Source: Candidatus Kapaibacterium sp. (GTDB lineage: Bacteria; Bacteroidota; Ignavibacteria; Kapaibacteriales; UBA2268). Taken from it: 64,000 nucleotides of DNA. Below are positions 1 through 10,175 of this stretch, piece after piece (the stretch's first letter is position 1; every line of letters begins with the position of its first letter). Under the pieces are notes generated by a model that ran no database searches, was not told the DNA's origin, and saw only the letters and a list, made by a program, of their open reading frames with translations. The translations under genes were made by a program, and so were the position numbers. Where the stretch lies: NCBI GenBank assembly GCA_963664875.1, contig OY761611.1, forward strand, positions 3,616,001 to 3,680,000, given 5' to 3'.

Positions 1-1
1 A

Positions 2-136
2 AAGAAATACGAAAGAAGCGGCGTGCTACGTGAATTCAAAAAAAGAACTGCCTTTATGAAGCCTTCTGTTGAAAACAGACTTTCTAGATTGAAAGCTGCA
101 AGACGTCAGCAGAGAATTTCAAGAGAAATCGACTAA
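2..136 (+). CDS. rpsU: 30S ribosomal protein S21, 3' part (5' end outside window)
   Basis: Manual translation from base 2: KKYERSGVLREFKKRTAFMKPSVENRLSRLKAARRQQRISREID*, which fits the S21 pattern (G.L.E...R..F.KPS). Confidence 0.9.
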   Translation, partial: KKYERSGVLREFKKRTAFMKPSVENRLSRLKAARRQQRISREID

Positions 137-244
137 GTTCTTTTCTCTTAGATAAAGGCAAATAAAGAAATTGCTTAAGAGCGATATATATTATTTTTAT
201 GTATCGCTCTTCGTGTTTCTAAAATCTACTTATTAGCTTAATTT

Positions 245-771
245 TGTCATTAGAAAATTAAAAAAGTACATAGACATAGCCTATAGTATTTTAACACCAC
301 GGTAGTGTCTCATAAGTTAAAATTTGCATCATATTCTGGATGTTTGCAAGTTTTACCGACAGCTGAAGCAGTCGGTAAAACTTGTGTAACTCTTTGCAAT
401 CGCATGCGTTAGCTTGTGGCAGGAGAAAATATAACGTTTGTTTTTCCGCTACTTTTACTAAATAGCATGACAAAACTCAGACTTCTGAGACAGCCTCACC
501 CTAATTTGAAAAGAGGGGAATTTTCATTCCCCACTCTCCTTGAGAAGCAACTTTCTAAGCTTAAGTTTACCCAGAGTAAAGTCGAAAGGAAACAAAGGTG
601 TGCCCGTAGTGTAGGGCGATGCACTGAGTTTGTCGAAGTGTAGTTGTAAGACTTATTTGTATAAACTTTCCTAAAATGGTAAGAAAATCTTACTTATATG
701 ACAACTCTCTTATTGTTATAACTCGAATAAAAAAGTGAAGTTAGATTCAATAAGAAATTTTTATAATGACA
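245..771. mobile_element. MITE-like dispersed repeat family A, copy 1
   Basis: Ends TGTCATTAGAAAA ... TTTTATAATGACA are inverted repeats. Interior 559-706 and both ends are homologous, in opposite orientation, to 15604-15950. Confidence 0.7.
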
Positions 772-828
772 AATATCTGTCTATATAAAACAAAAAATAT
801 ATAAATCTGCTTCTAAAAAACGTATTTT

Positions 829-1794
829 TTATTTTCGTTTGTCAACCTGCTCTTTAATCCAAGCAAAGGTTTGTGCCATACCATCTTCTAATTTTCGTGT
901 GGGCTTCCAAGCTAAATTCTCAAATATAAGGGCATTGTCGGAGTTTCTTCCTCTGACACCCTGTGGACCCGGGATGTGTCTGATAGTTAGCTCTTTGCCG
1001 GCAATTTTCATAATCATTTCAGCGAGTCCGTTGATAGAAATCATTTCGTCAGAACCTATGTTGACCGGTCCTGTGAAATCAGAACGAATCAATTTAAGCA
1101 CGCCGTCGATACATTCGTCGATGTAAAGGAATGATCTTGTCTGTTTTCCGTCGCCCCACATAACAATTTCGCCACCATTTTCAGTTTCAGCAACTTTACG
1201 GCACATAGCTGCAGGAGCTTTTTCGCGACCGCCCTCCCAAGTGCCTTCAGGCCCGAAAATATTATGGAAGCGTGCGATGCGTACATCCATTCCGAAGTTT
1301 CTATGATAAGAAAGAAAGAGTCTTTCGCTAAATAATTTTTCCCAACCATATTCGCTGTCAGGAGCGGCAGGGTAGGCACTTTCTTCACTGCATTTGGGAT
1401 TGTCAGGGTCTAACTGATTGTATTCGGGATATATGCAAGCCGAAGAAGAATAGAAAATGCGTTTGATGTTTCGCTTGTGACAGGTGTCGAGTACGTTCAG
1501 ATTAACCAAAGCAGAATTGTGCATAATATCAGCGTCGTTGTCGCCTGTAAATACAAAACCTGCACCGCCCATATCAGCGGCTAATTGGTAAACTTCGTCA
1601 AATTGCCTGTCTATTCCACGCTGACATACAGTAATATCCCGTAAATCGCCAATCATAAAATCGTCGGCAGCAGTTTCGCCAAACTCAGGGAATTTCAAAT
1701 CAATACCGCGAACCCAAAAGCCTTCACTTTTCAACCGTTTCACTAAGTGAGAGCCAATAAAACCACCGGCTCCACAAACCAAAGCTGTTTTCAT
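829..1794 (-). CDS. NAD-dependent epimerase/dehydratase, GDP-mannose 3',5'-epimerase-like
   Basis: GAGGFIG Rossmann motif, LAADMGGAGF, YGWEK (YxxxK), REKAPAA and GVRGRNSDN are typical of GME-type extended SDRs. ATG at 1794 preferred as start. Confidence 0.9.
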   Translation of the reverse strand: MKTALVCGAGGFIGSHLVKRLKSEGFWVRGIDLKFPEFGETAADDFMIGDLRDITVCQRGIDRQFDEVYQLAADMGGAGFVFTGDNDADIMHNSALVNLNVLDTCHKRNIKRIFYSSSACIYPEYNQLDPDNPKCSEESAYPAAPDSEYGWEKLFSERLFLSYHRNFGMDVRIARFHNIFGPEGTWEGGREKAPAAMCRKVAETENGGEIVMWGDGKQTRSFLYIDECIDGVLKLIRSDFTGPVNIGSDEMISINGLAEMIMKIAGKELTIRHIPGPQGVRGRNSDNALIFENLAWKPTRKLEDGMAQTFAWIKEQVDKRK

Positions 1795-2035
1795 CACACT
1801 AACTCCAAAAATATTTATTTCTTTATTATCTGTTTTATTTTTTAGCAAATCATTTGCTAACGCAATATATAAAGATTTTATATATCCGTAAAATTAGTAC
1901 ACACTAAAATAGATAAAGTTCGGAAAATATATTGCCAAAAGGGAATATTAAGGTTGAAAAAGAAAGTTTCTAGAAGCACAAGCAGAATTTGCTACCTACT
2001 TGTGCTTCTAAAAAAGAAAGGCTAAATATTTATTA

Positions 2036-2110
2036 CTACATTCTTCTATACATAAACCAGCCACCACCAAATACTAAGCCTGCAGCAAGGAATATTAGCC
2101 CCCATTCAGG
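2036..2110 (-). pseudogene. Detached IPTL-CTERM tail of the 3280-5886 surface protein
   Basis: Translates PEWGLIFLAAGLVFGGGWFMYRRM*, continuing VPTL-PEW of the upstream gene across the IS and its target duplication. Confidence 0.9.
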
Positions 2111-3302
2111 CAGGGTTGATTCATTCTAACAAAGTCACCAATAGTTCTACATTGTCGGCAGTCTCATAGAAAAAGTTGGTACAATCAATACGCTTCTTTG
2201 ACCTAAAAATATTGATACAAATTGACTTTATTATACTCATGACTGAAGCTGCTTGTGTATTTCTCACTTTCCAAGCATCTTCTTTCATTACCACATCCTT
2301 TACCCAATGTAGCTGGTTTTCAATGCCCCAATGTCCTCGTATGCTCTGCATATAATACTTTGCTGGTTTTTCTTGACTGCTCAAATAATAATGTACATGA
2401 ACTTCCTGCATTTGTTTTGTTTTTCTAATCCTTTGTACCTTTACTAATTGCTGTGATCCGGACCACTCGTTCTTAATTTTATCGTTTAATGAATATACAT
2501 ATACTTTACGAGTTTCTCGTCTGTCTCTATTAGTTTCTTCGGTTTTATAATAATCGATCTTTGTTGACCAGCTCGAACTCAAACTCTCCAGTTCTTTGTA
2601 CAAACGACCTTGATTCTTTTTTACGCAAATAATATAGTTGTTGTTAGTACTAACAATTGTTCTTAGAGTTTTTTTGACAGTGTAAAGCATCCATTGTAAA
2701 GACTACGCCAGTCAGTTCTAAATCTCTAATCATTTCTTCAACTACGCTTATCTCGCTTGATTTTTTATTCTCATATTTGCTTATACTTAGTGACATTTTA
2801 CTTGATTGAGAATGTGCAGAAACAATGCTTATAAAGTTCTGGTATTTCGAATTGTATTCTACTAATGTGCCTTTCAAAGCTTTGCCATCTATACTGATTA
2901 TTTCACCGCTTTGAGGCTTTGCATAAACTTTTGACCACTCTTTAAAAATCTGTGCAAATTCATCAAAATCTATATTATTTACCACTCTAAAAATTGTTGC
3001 GTAAGTTGGTAATCTATCTTTATGAGGCTTTAAATATTTCAGTATGTCTTCGGCATTCTTCTTTATAAATCTTTCTATGCCACGATAGCCATATTGTCCG
3101 CTCATAGTCGCCATCAAAACCAGCAATAATACAAATGATTGATTATGGCGTGTGCCTTCCCTGCGACGCTTATCTGTCAACTTATCAAGATAATTTACTA
3201 ACGTTTGCTTTTCCATAAATCCCCCCAGATTAGAAAAGTTTGTGTTTGGCTTTCTATAATTTACTATATTATATGATATTTACAAAGAACAAATCATCCC
3301 TG
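2111..3302 (-). mobile_element. ISAs1-family insertion sequence (1192 bp) with 10-bp target-site duplication CCCATTCAGG
   Basis: Terminal IRs CAGGGTTGATT (2111) and AATCATCCCTG (ends 3302). Direct repeat at 2101-2110 and 3303-3312. Encodes an ISAs1 transposase. Confidence 0.95.
2121..3216 (-). CDS. ISAs1 DDE transposase split into two frames (2650-3216 and 2121-2690)
   Basis: Motifs SIDGKAL, KSSEI, TMDALHCQK, then KKNQ and RGHWGIENQLHWVKDV. The frame switch is at the A7 run 2669-2675. Confidence 0.9.
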
Positions 3303-5886
3303 CCCATTCAGGTAGTGTTGGAACCACGCCGAAGTGTACCTGATCAGAGTAGAATGTACCACCGGCAGTTGTAATGTATGCTCTTACATAGTAGCCGGGG
3401 CCAACGGTTATTGTCGCATTATCAGTAAAGCTGGAGCTACCCGTGCCGTTTGAAGTTGAACCGGAGTTTGTAGTAGTTGTTGGGTTTTGAGATGTACTCC
3501 AGACATAACCTTTTGCTAATATTGGCTCAGAAGTTGGATTATTAATGTCAGCGGTTAGCTGATATTCTGTATCTGTGTTTTTCACTACATTTGAGATGGC
3601 AACAGATAGTTCTTCTGTAGTAAAACTAATTTGGTTGCTGTAGGATGTGCCACCTGCATTAGTTGCATAAGCTCGAACAAAATAAGTAGTACCAGGATTA
3701 AGTCCAGTCATACTACTGGAAAAGACTCCCGTACCTGTGCCGTCACTTGTTTTGTCGTCTGCGGTGGTGGGCGTTCCTGTAGTATTCCAACAGATGCCTT
3801 TTGCCGAAATATCTGCAGCACCGCCTACTGTGATTTCACTTGAAACTGACGCACCAATTGCAGTAATAGAAGTCGCAGGACTTGCTGCTACAACAGCAGT
3901 AGTTGTAAATGTAAGCTCATTACCGTAAGAAGTGCCATTGCCGTTTGTAGCATAAGCACGAACATAATATAAAGTATTTGATGTAAGCGTGTTTGGTGTA
4001 AGATTATAAGTACCTGTTCCGTAACTGCCGTTTTCACTTGTAATTGCATCTGTAGTTGTCGGAGTACCACTTGTGTTAATAGCTACACCACGAGTAGTCG
4101 CGTTTTGTCCACCGGTTGATGTTATTTCACTTGTAATTTGAGCTTGCGTTGTCATAATATTTGCGATAGAATTTGTCGTTACAGTCGGAGAAGTAAAGCC
4201 AACACCTTGTATATTAAAATTATAAGGATTCTCATCTGAGTCATCATTGGCTATGCTGATTGAGGCGGAGCGCGTACCTGTAGTAGTAGGGTTAAATGTA
4301 ACACTAAAAGTAGTAGTTCCGCCACCTGAAGCGATTGTGCCGGATGGAATAGCCGTCAATGTAAAATCAGAAGTGTGTCCAGTTATAGATACATACGGAC
4401 TTGGATTTGTCAAAGTCAAATTCCCTGTACCACTATTGGTAATAGTAAATGTCCGAAGCTGAGTGCCGCCATCGACAGCTATAGTACCAAAATCTGTATG
4501 GTCGTTTGTAGAAGGCGAGACATCTCCGTCGCTTATAACAGTACCATTACCGGAAATTGAAATTTCTGGGGCAGAAGCAGAAACATTTAGAGTGTAATCT
4601 TCTACTTCTCCATAATCAATATCACCATTTGTTGCTCCTGCATATGAAGTAACTACTCTCATTCTAATATTACCTGCTGTTGCAGTAACAGGAACATTTA
4701 TAGTTCCGTTATAAGTCTTGGGTGTGGTATTATCAGTACTATTTTCCATAATTGTAATTTTTTCATTTGCATCCGAAAAATCTTTATCTCCGTTCCAATC
4801 TACAAAAACATAGATATCTTCATTGTCTCCTAACGAATTCCCATTTAAAGTTACAGAGATTGGATAGCCTGTACTAACTGCAACATTTGTACTCTGTGCA
4901 GAATAATCTGAATACCCGGAAGAGTTTGAAGCACCTGACTGTCCCGTTGAATTGTTAATAGTGCCAAAAGTAACATTAGTAATCCAGTTGTATTGATTAT
5001 CACCTGAATTGTCTAAAGTGACGACAGGATACTCAGAAACTGTTATGGTAAATACTTCTTCATATGTGCGTGCTGTGCCATCTGTTACTCTTACTCTAAT
5101 GCTTTTGCTTCCTGCTGTTAATCCTGCTCCTGTTCTCAATTCATCACCTACAATACTAAAAGAAGAATTGTTAGTGCTACCGATACCGGCAACTAAAGAA
5201 TAAGTAAAAGTTTCACTACAATTTGCATCAGTTGCAGTAAATGTGCCAACAGTTACTCCTTGCGTAGTAGAACAAGATGTTCCACTAAGAGCAATATCTG
5301 TTGGATCTAAAGCAGACTGATCTCCTGATATTGCAATCTCATCTATCATACTTTGAGCCGCAGCACCAAAAGTCCCACTACCACAAGTTAAACCTGAATT
5401 TGATGTCATTATCCATCTTAAATAGAGTGTTGATTGGTTTTCACAAGCAACAGGCAGATTAAAAGGACCTTTGTTTGCTTTCGTAGTACTCAGACTGACT
5501 GTTGCTCCTGCAACATCAAACCATGCGATGTTATCAGTACTGTATTGTAACTTGAAATCTTTTGGACCTGACCAGTCAATAAAGCCAGGACAAGTACTGT
5601 ATTGTTGCCAACTTACTGTGATATTTGTCCATCCAGTAGTTGAAAAATTAACACGCCAATATTTTGTACCTGAACCACCATTCCAGTTTGTCGCAATATA
5701 TTCAGAGCCATTACCTCCATTGGAATTGAATAATCCTCCGGAACCAACAACCGTTAAACTGCCCCCACTCGCACCACATGAAGTATTAGGACTCATGGTA
5801 AAACCATTCCAACGTAAAAACTCTGTGCCTTGCATTGGTAGATTTGAAATTATTATAATTAAAAAGATTAAAACTATCTTTTTCAT
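3280..5886 (-). CDS. Large secreted surface protein (cadherin-like, GEVED, choice-of-anchor D/Ig-like, Fn3-like repeats); IPTL-CTERM truncated by IS
   Basis: Signal peptide MKKIVLIFLIII; YGEVEDY; APEISISGN...TDFG...NPYNFNIQG; three T.Y.VRAYA(T/I)N repeats; ends VVPTLPEW then runs into the IS. Confidence 0.85.
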   Translation of the reverse strand: MKKIVLIFLIIIISNLPMQGTEFLRWNGFTMSPNTSCGASGGSLTVVGSGGLFNSNGGNGSEYIATNWNGGSGTKYWRVNFSTTGWTNITVSWQQYSTCPGFIDWSGPKDFKLQYSTDNIAWFDVAGATVSLSTTKANKGPFNLPVACENQSTLYLRWIMTSNSGLTCGSGTFGAAAQSMIDEIAISGDQSALDPTDIALSGTSCSTTQGVTVGTFTATDANCSETFTYSLVAGIGSTNNSSFSIVGDELRTGAGLTAGSKSIRVRVTDGTARTYEEVFTITVSEYPVVTLDNSGDNQYNWITNVTFGTINNSTGQSGASNSSGYSDYSAQSTNVAVSTGYPISVTLNGNSLGDNEDIYVFVDWNGDKDFSDANEKITIMENSTDNTTPKTYNGTINVPVTATAGNIRMRVVTSYAGATNGDIDYGEVEDYTLNVSASAPEISISGNGTVISDGDVSPSTNDHTDFGTIAVDGGTQLRTFTITNSGTGNLTLTNPSPYVSITGHTSDFTLTAIPSGTIASGGGTTTFSVTFNPTTTGTRSASISIANDDSDENPYNFNIQGVGFTSPTVTTNSIANIMTTQAQITSEITSTGGQNATTRGVAINTSGTPTTTDAITSENGSYGTGTYNLTPNTLTSNTLYYVRAYATNGNGTSYGNELTFTTTAVVAASPATSITAIGASVSSEITVGGAADISAKGICWNTTGTPTTADDKTSDGTGTGVFSSSMTGLNPGTTYFVRAYATNAGGTSYSNQISFTTEELSVAISNVVKNTDTEYQLTADINNPTSEPILAKGYVWSTSQNPTTTTNSGSTSNGTGSSSFTDNATITVGPGYYVRAYITTAGGTFYSDQVHFGVVPTLPEWAGMICSL

Positions 5887-6111
5887 ATCCACACCTCCAT
5901 TGTGTAAACAATAGTATTAAATACGCAACACCCCAACGTCTATTATGCAAATATCGCAAATAGTTATTCACTTTTTGCAAAAAAAAGTTAAGTTTTTAAG
6001 ATTTTTTTTATAAAGCTGAGGGGGATAGGAGGCGGGATAAAGTATATATCAAAAAGCCGCAAATCAATTTGACTGATTGCGGCTTGTAACATCTTACTGA
6101 TATGTTTCTTT

Positions 6112-7872
6112 CTATTTCACTACAAATCTTTGCACTGTGCGTTCGCCTTTGTCTGATGTGATAGAGAGCAGATACATTCCTGATTGCAGTTTTACGTTGA
6201 AATTCTCAGTTTGCAAACCTGCACTCCTTTTTTGTCCTGATTTAAGTGTAGCAACCTCTTCTCCATATAGGTCATGAATTGTGAAGTCTAATATACGATC
6301 TTCGTTAAGATTGTATTCTACTGTGAAATCACTTACCACAGGTACCGGATATATTCGCATTTCTTTCAAATCACCGTTGCAGGCTCTCCATACATCGCAG
6401 TAGGTTTCTTCCCCGGCAAGGGACTTTGCGGCACAGTAATCGCCTTCTGCAAGTGCCAAAAGCTCAGGTGCGAGTTTTTCTTTGTATTCTTCAGGTAGTG
6501 CGTCTATCAGCTCCTGAGAGATATCGTACCAAAGGATAAAGTCAGGTTTGACTGATTTGTTGTCAATCTTAATAGCTACTGCAAGCATTTTGTTGAGTCG
6601 GCTGTCGTCGAAAACTAAATTATGTACATGTCCGGTATTACGAATCATCGAATCGAGAGTAGGTAATTGAGATTTGAAAAATTCCAAATCTTCTTCGCTC
6701 TCTAAGCCCAAAGACTCTTTGGTATATTCATTCGAAGTAGAAAACGACATACTTATACTTGATGATTGCTTGTCAGGAGGATTAATGGAAATAGTTGAAT
6801 AAGAATTATTTGCACTATCTGTACCCACTTTGAAAGTCATTAAATTTAGCTGGTTCAAAATGGAATCTACTAAAAGTACATTGTCTTCATCACTTAGTGT
6901 AATGCTTGTGTTTTCAGCATTTAAGCGAGATTGTTTTATAATATCGCCGAGGTGGAGAGTGATTTCGCTTGCACTGTTGTTTGCTGAGTTTGCTATCAAA
7001 TTGTTTATTCTTTGCTGTAAGGAATCATCATCTATATAGGATTTGAAAATTGCAATTTGAGTAGAGTCTGCTTCGATACTATATTTTGCATCATCATTGA
7101 TAAAGGCACTTATATTAATATTAGCGTTAAGCTCTGAGCTGAGAGTATCTTCAAAAATAGATGTTCTTGACATAATTTTTGAGTTGCCGGCATCAAAAAG
7201 ACTAAGCTCTTTATTGCCGTGCGCATTAGTAATCAGCTGAGGGGCGAAGTAACAAATATTTTTATTCTCTGTGTCAGTGTTTATGACAACTGAGTTTTTA
7301 CCTTCTTTCTTAGACAGAGTAATTACAGGAGAAAATCTTGAAACATCGTCTAAATTTTTGAAAGCTTGAATTTCGAACACTCCACCTTTATCAATGATAC
7401 CAAGTCTCTTCAAATCTTGAGCATTTTCTATGCTGATAATATTGATACCTTCTATATTTACTCTTTCCTGCTTATATGCAAGAGTTTTAGATTTCGCAGG
7501 TTCTTTAGCATTTGTATTGTTTAAAGCAATATCAGAATTGACTTGATTGTTTTTGGTAATTGTAGTAGGTTTTGCCACATCTTCGACTTTAACACTCTGC
7601 TGTTCTTTTTGAGTGTTTTGTAGTCCCGGTTTCTGTAATAAATCAGGTTCTGAAAATGGAGTAAATGCTAAATATGCGGCAGTAGCAGCAACTGCTAAAA
7701 TAGATGTAATAGACATAACTAATCTCCCTTTGATAAATTTAGTATGCTTAGTACCGGGTTGTCTTCCTGTGCCGATAATGTCGGACAGTTCGTTTCCACT
7801 GAGCAAATTTGTCTCAGTATTTTTTGCTTTTTGAAGCAAATCTGTGGTATTTTGATTGTTAGTCATGATCAA
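6112..7872 (-). CDS. Single-TM protein in the anti-sigma position with a C-terminal T9SS type A sorting domain
   Basis: About 50 aa N-tail, hydrophobic helix LVMSITSILAVAATAAYLAF, C-terminus IYPVPV...FTIHDLYGEEV...LQSGMYLLSI...QRFVVK. Overlaps the sigma gene stop. Confidence 0.75.
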   Translation of the reverse strand: MIMTNNQNTTDLLQKAKNTETNLLSGNELSDIIGTGRQPGTKHTKFIKGRLVMSITSILAVAATAAYLAFTPFSEPDLLQKPGLQNTQKEQQSVKVEDVAKPTTITKNNQVNSDIALNNTNAKEPAKSKTLAYKQERVNIEGINIISIENAQDLKRLGIIDKGGVFEIQAFKNLDDVSRFSPVITLSKKEGKNSVVINTDTENKNICYFAPQLITNAHGNKELSLFDAGNSKIMSRTSIFEDTLSSELNANINISAFINDDAKYSIEADSTQIAIFKSYIDDDSLQQRINNLIANSANNSASEITLHLGDIIKQSRLNAENTSITLSDEDNVLLVDSILNQLNLMTFKVGTDSANNSYSTISINPPDKQSSSISMSFSTSNEYTKESLGLESEEDLEFFKSQLPTLDSMIRNTGHVHNLVFDDSRLNKMLAVAIKIDNKSVKPDFILWYDISQELIDALPEEYKEKLAPELLALAEGDYCAAKSLAGEETYCDVWRACNGDLKEMRIYPVPVVSDFTVEYNLNEDRILDFTIHDLYGEEVATLKSGQKRSAGLQTENFNVKLQSGMYLLSITSDKGERTVQRFVVK

Positions 7873-8434
7873 CCCTCAGTAGTTTAAGCCGGTCTTCTGT
7901 GTTAATATTACTGTTAATACTTGTGAGATTAGGATCCTGAGTCTCTGTGAGCATAAGCGAGAGTTTTTCTCTTCCGCGGCTTATTCGCGATTTTACCGCA
8001 GAGAGCGAGCCACCCTGCATTTCCTGAATTTCTTTCAAGGAAAAGCCGGATATTTCGAAAAGCACAAGAGCTTCCTTTTGCTTAGCAGGCAACTGACCCA
8101 ATGCCTCGTAAAGCAACTCTATATCGATATTTCTGTCCGCGTTTTGAGCGCTGTCCGGCATTTGATTGGCTTCAATTTCGCTATACACTCCGAAAAATTT
8201 TTTCCGCCATCGTTTTTTCTTAGCTATGCGACTTGCGATAGTAAACAGATAGCTCAAAAATGCTTCTTTATGCTTTAGCGACTCAAAACCTTCGTAAGCC
8301 GCAAGGACAGTATCCGAAGCCAGATCTTTTGCTTCTTCGTAGCTATCAGCCATGGCTCGAGCGTACCGATATAGGTTTTGTTCGACCGGCTTAAACAACT
8401 CTAAAAAAGCTCTTTGTTTTTCGTTTTGCGTCAT
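7859..8434 (-). CDS. ECF-family RNA polymerase sigma factor
   Basis: Region 2 (LYRYA...AKDLASDT...FLSYLFTIA) and region 4 (LPAKQKEALVLFEISGFSLKEI...VKSRISRGREKL). Confidence 0.95.
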   Translation of the reverse strand: MTQNEKQRAFLELFKPVEQNLYRYARAMADSYEEAKDLASDTVLAAYEGFESLKHKEAFLSYLFTIASRIAKKKRWRKKFFGVYSEIEANQMPDSAQNADRNIDIELLYEALGQLPAKQKEALVLFEISGFSLKEIQEMQGGSLSAVKSRISRGREKLSLMLTETQDPNLTSINSNINTEDRLKLLRVDHD

Positions 8435-8957
8435 TTTACTCTTTCAATTGTGCTCACATAGAGTAAGGGAGTTATGTCGTATAAAAGTTGCAGAACAAAA
8501 TATATTTTTTTTGCGAGATAAGAAGAAATATTATTTGACTCGAATAATGAGATAATAAAACACTATTGCATTCATTGAATTAAAGTGTCAAAGTAGGTTT
8601 ATATTACAGTTTTTATTTTTTCTAATCTCCAAACGACAACGCAGGGGATGGATGTTTTTACCCGGATTAGTTATAGGCATCAAAGAATATTGTATAGCTC
8701 TTATATGATTTGATATTTAATTCATTATTTTGGGTAAATATATACTAAATTTCTTTGTCTATATTTTGGCATAACTAATTTATCAATACTTTCTTTCTTT
8801 TCTATTAAATTTTGCAATCAATTACAAATATATGGCTGATAAATACACTTTTTTCAAAATAACATATTGAATATTAGATTTTTTTATGTAGATTTTGCCC
8901 TTTCTTAAGAAAGCTAAGTTTTAGCTAATATTTACTCAATATATGTTTAGGATGCTT

Positions 8958-10175
8958 ATGAGTATCAGTTTAATAGGTAAATCAATAAACCAGTCTGCTA
9001 CTTTGAGACTGAATGAAATAGCTGCTATTCTAACAGCGAAAGGCGAGCCTGTAATCCATCTTGGTGGTGGACAGCCAAAATCTAAGGCGCCATACGATGC
9101 TCTAATTGCTGCCGCAGGGGTAATCAATACAGGAGAAGTAAGATACACTCCTGCAGACGGTATTCCTGAATTGAAACAGGCTATAATCAGATATACCGAA
9201 GAGTTTTATAATCGTAAAGTAGATCCGGAAAATGTAATAGCCTCCAGCGGAGCCAAGCAAGCTCTTATGGTGGCTCTGCAAGCAGTGCTCAATCCGCAGG
9301 AAGAAGTAGTTTTCCCTGCTCCATATTGGGTCAGCTACCCTGAAATGGTCAAATTGTGCGGAGGTGTACCTGTACCTGTTCATGCTGAAGACGGTGGATT
9401 TTTGCCTCGTCTCCAAGACATCGACAGAGTAGTAACTTCCTACACTAAAGTGATAATTATCAATAGTCCTAATAATCCTACCGGAGCTATGTATTCCGAA
9501 GATTTCATAGCAGAAATAGTAGATTATTGCGAGAAAAAAGATATTTATCTTATAATGGATGACATATATCATCGATTAGTCTTCGACGGCAAAAAACCAA
9601 TTAGTGCATGGCAGTTTGCCAAAAATAAAACCGAAACTTCCAAGATGATTATTATTAATGGTGTTTCGAAGCAATATGCTATGACTGGTTACCGCATAGG
9701 CTGGGCAGTAGCAAATAAGAAGCTGATTGAAGTAATGACTAATATTCAGGGACATCAGACATCAGGGCCTTCTGTTGTAGTCCAAAAGGCTGCGACAGCT
9801 GCAATCAACGGTGTGCAATCCTCTGTAGAAAGTCTAAGGGCAACTTTGGAGAACAACCGTAATGTAATGATGGATCATTTAAACAGTTTCGATGGAGTAA
9901 AAGCCTATAAACCTGATGGTACTTTTTATTGCTTTGTAGATTTCAGCTACTATGAAAAGGACTCTGTAAAACTATCTAATCTTCTTTTAGATAAAGTACG
10001 AGTCGTTACGGTACCGGGTGTGGAATTTGGTAAAGACGGATTTTTAAGATTGTCAACTTGTGGCTCAATCAAAGAAATTACGGAAGGTATAGAAAGAATC
10101 AAATGGGTATTGGATCCTGAATCTCCAAACGAACTTTATATTGGTGAACGCAAATTAGTGAGGGATTGGCTATGA
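8958..10175 (+). CDS. PLP-dependent class I/II aminotransferase (aspartate aminotransferase-like)
   Basis: YTPADGIPEL, GAKQAL, PYWVSY, NSPNNPTG, DDIY and SKQYAMTGYRIG (PLP lysine). Confidence 0.93.
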   Translation: MSISLIGKSINQSATLRLNEIAAILTAKGEPVIHLGGGQPKSKAPYDALIAAAGVINTGEVRYTPADGIPELKQAIIRYTEEFYNRKVDPENVIASSGAKQALMVALQAVLNPQEEVVFPAPYWVSYPEMVKLCGGVPVPVHAEDGGFLPRLQDIDRVVTSYTKVIIINSPNNPTGAMYSEDFIAEIVDYCEKKDIYLIMDDIYHRLVFDGKKPISAWQFAKNKTETSKMIIINGVSKQYAMTGYRIGWAVANKKLIEVMTNIQGHQTSGPSVVVQKAATAAINGVQSSVESLRATLENNRNVMMDHLNSFDGVKAYKPDGTFYCFVDFSYYEKDSVKLSNLLLDKVRVVTVPGVEFGKDGFLRLSTCGSIKEITEGIERIKWVLDPESPNELYIGERKLVRDWL

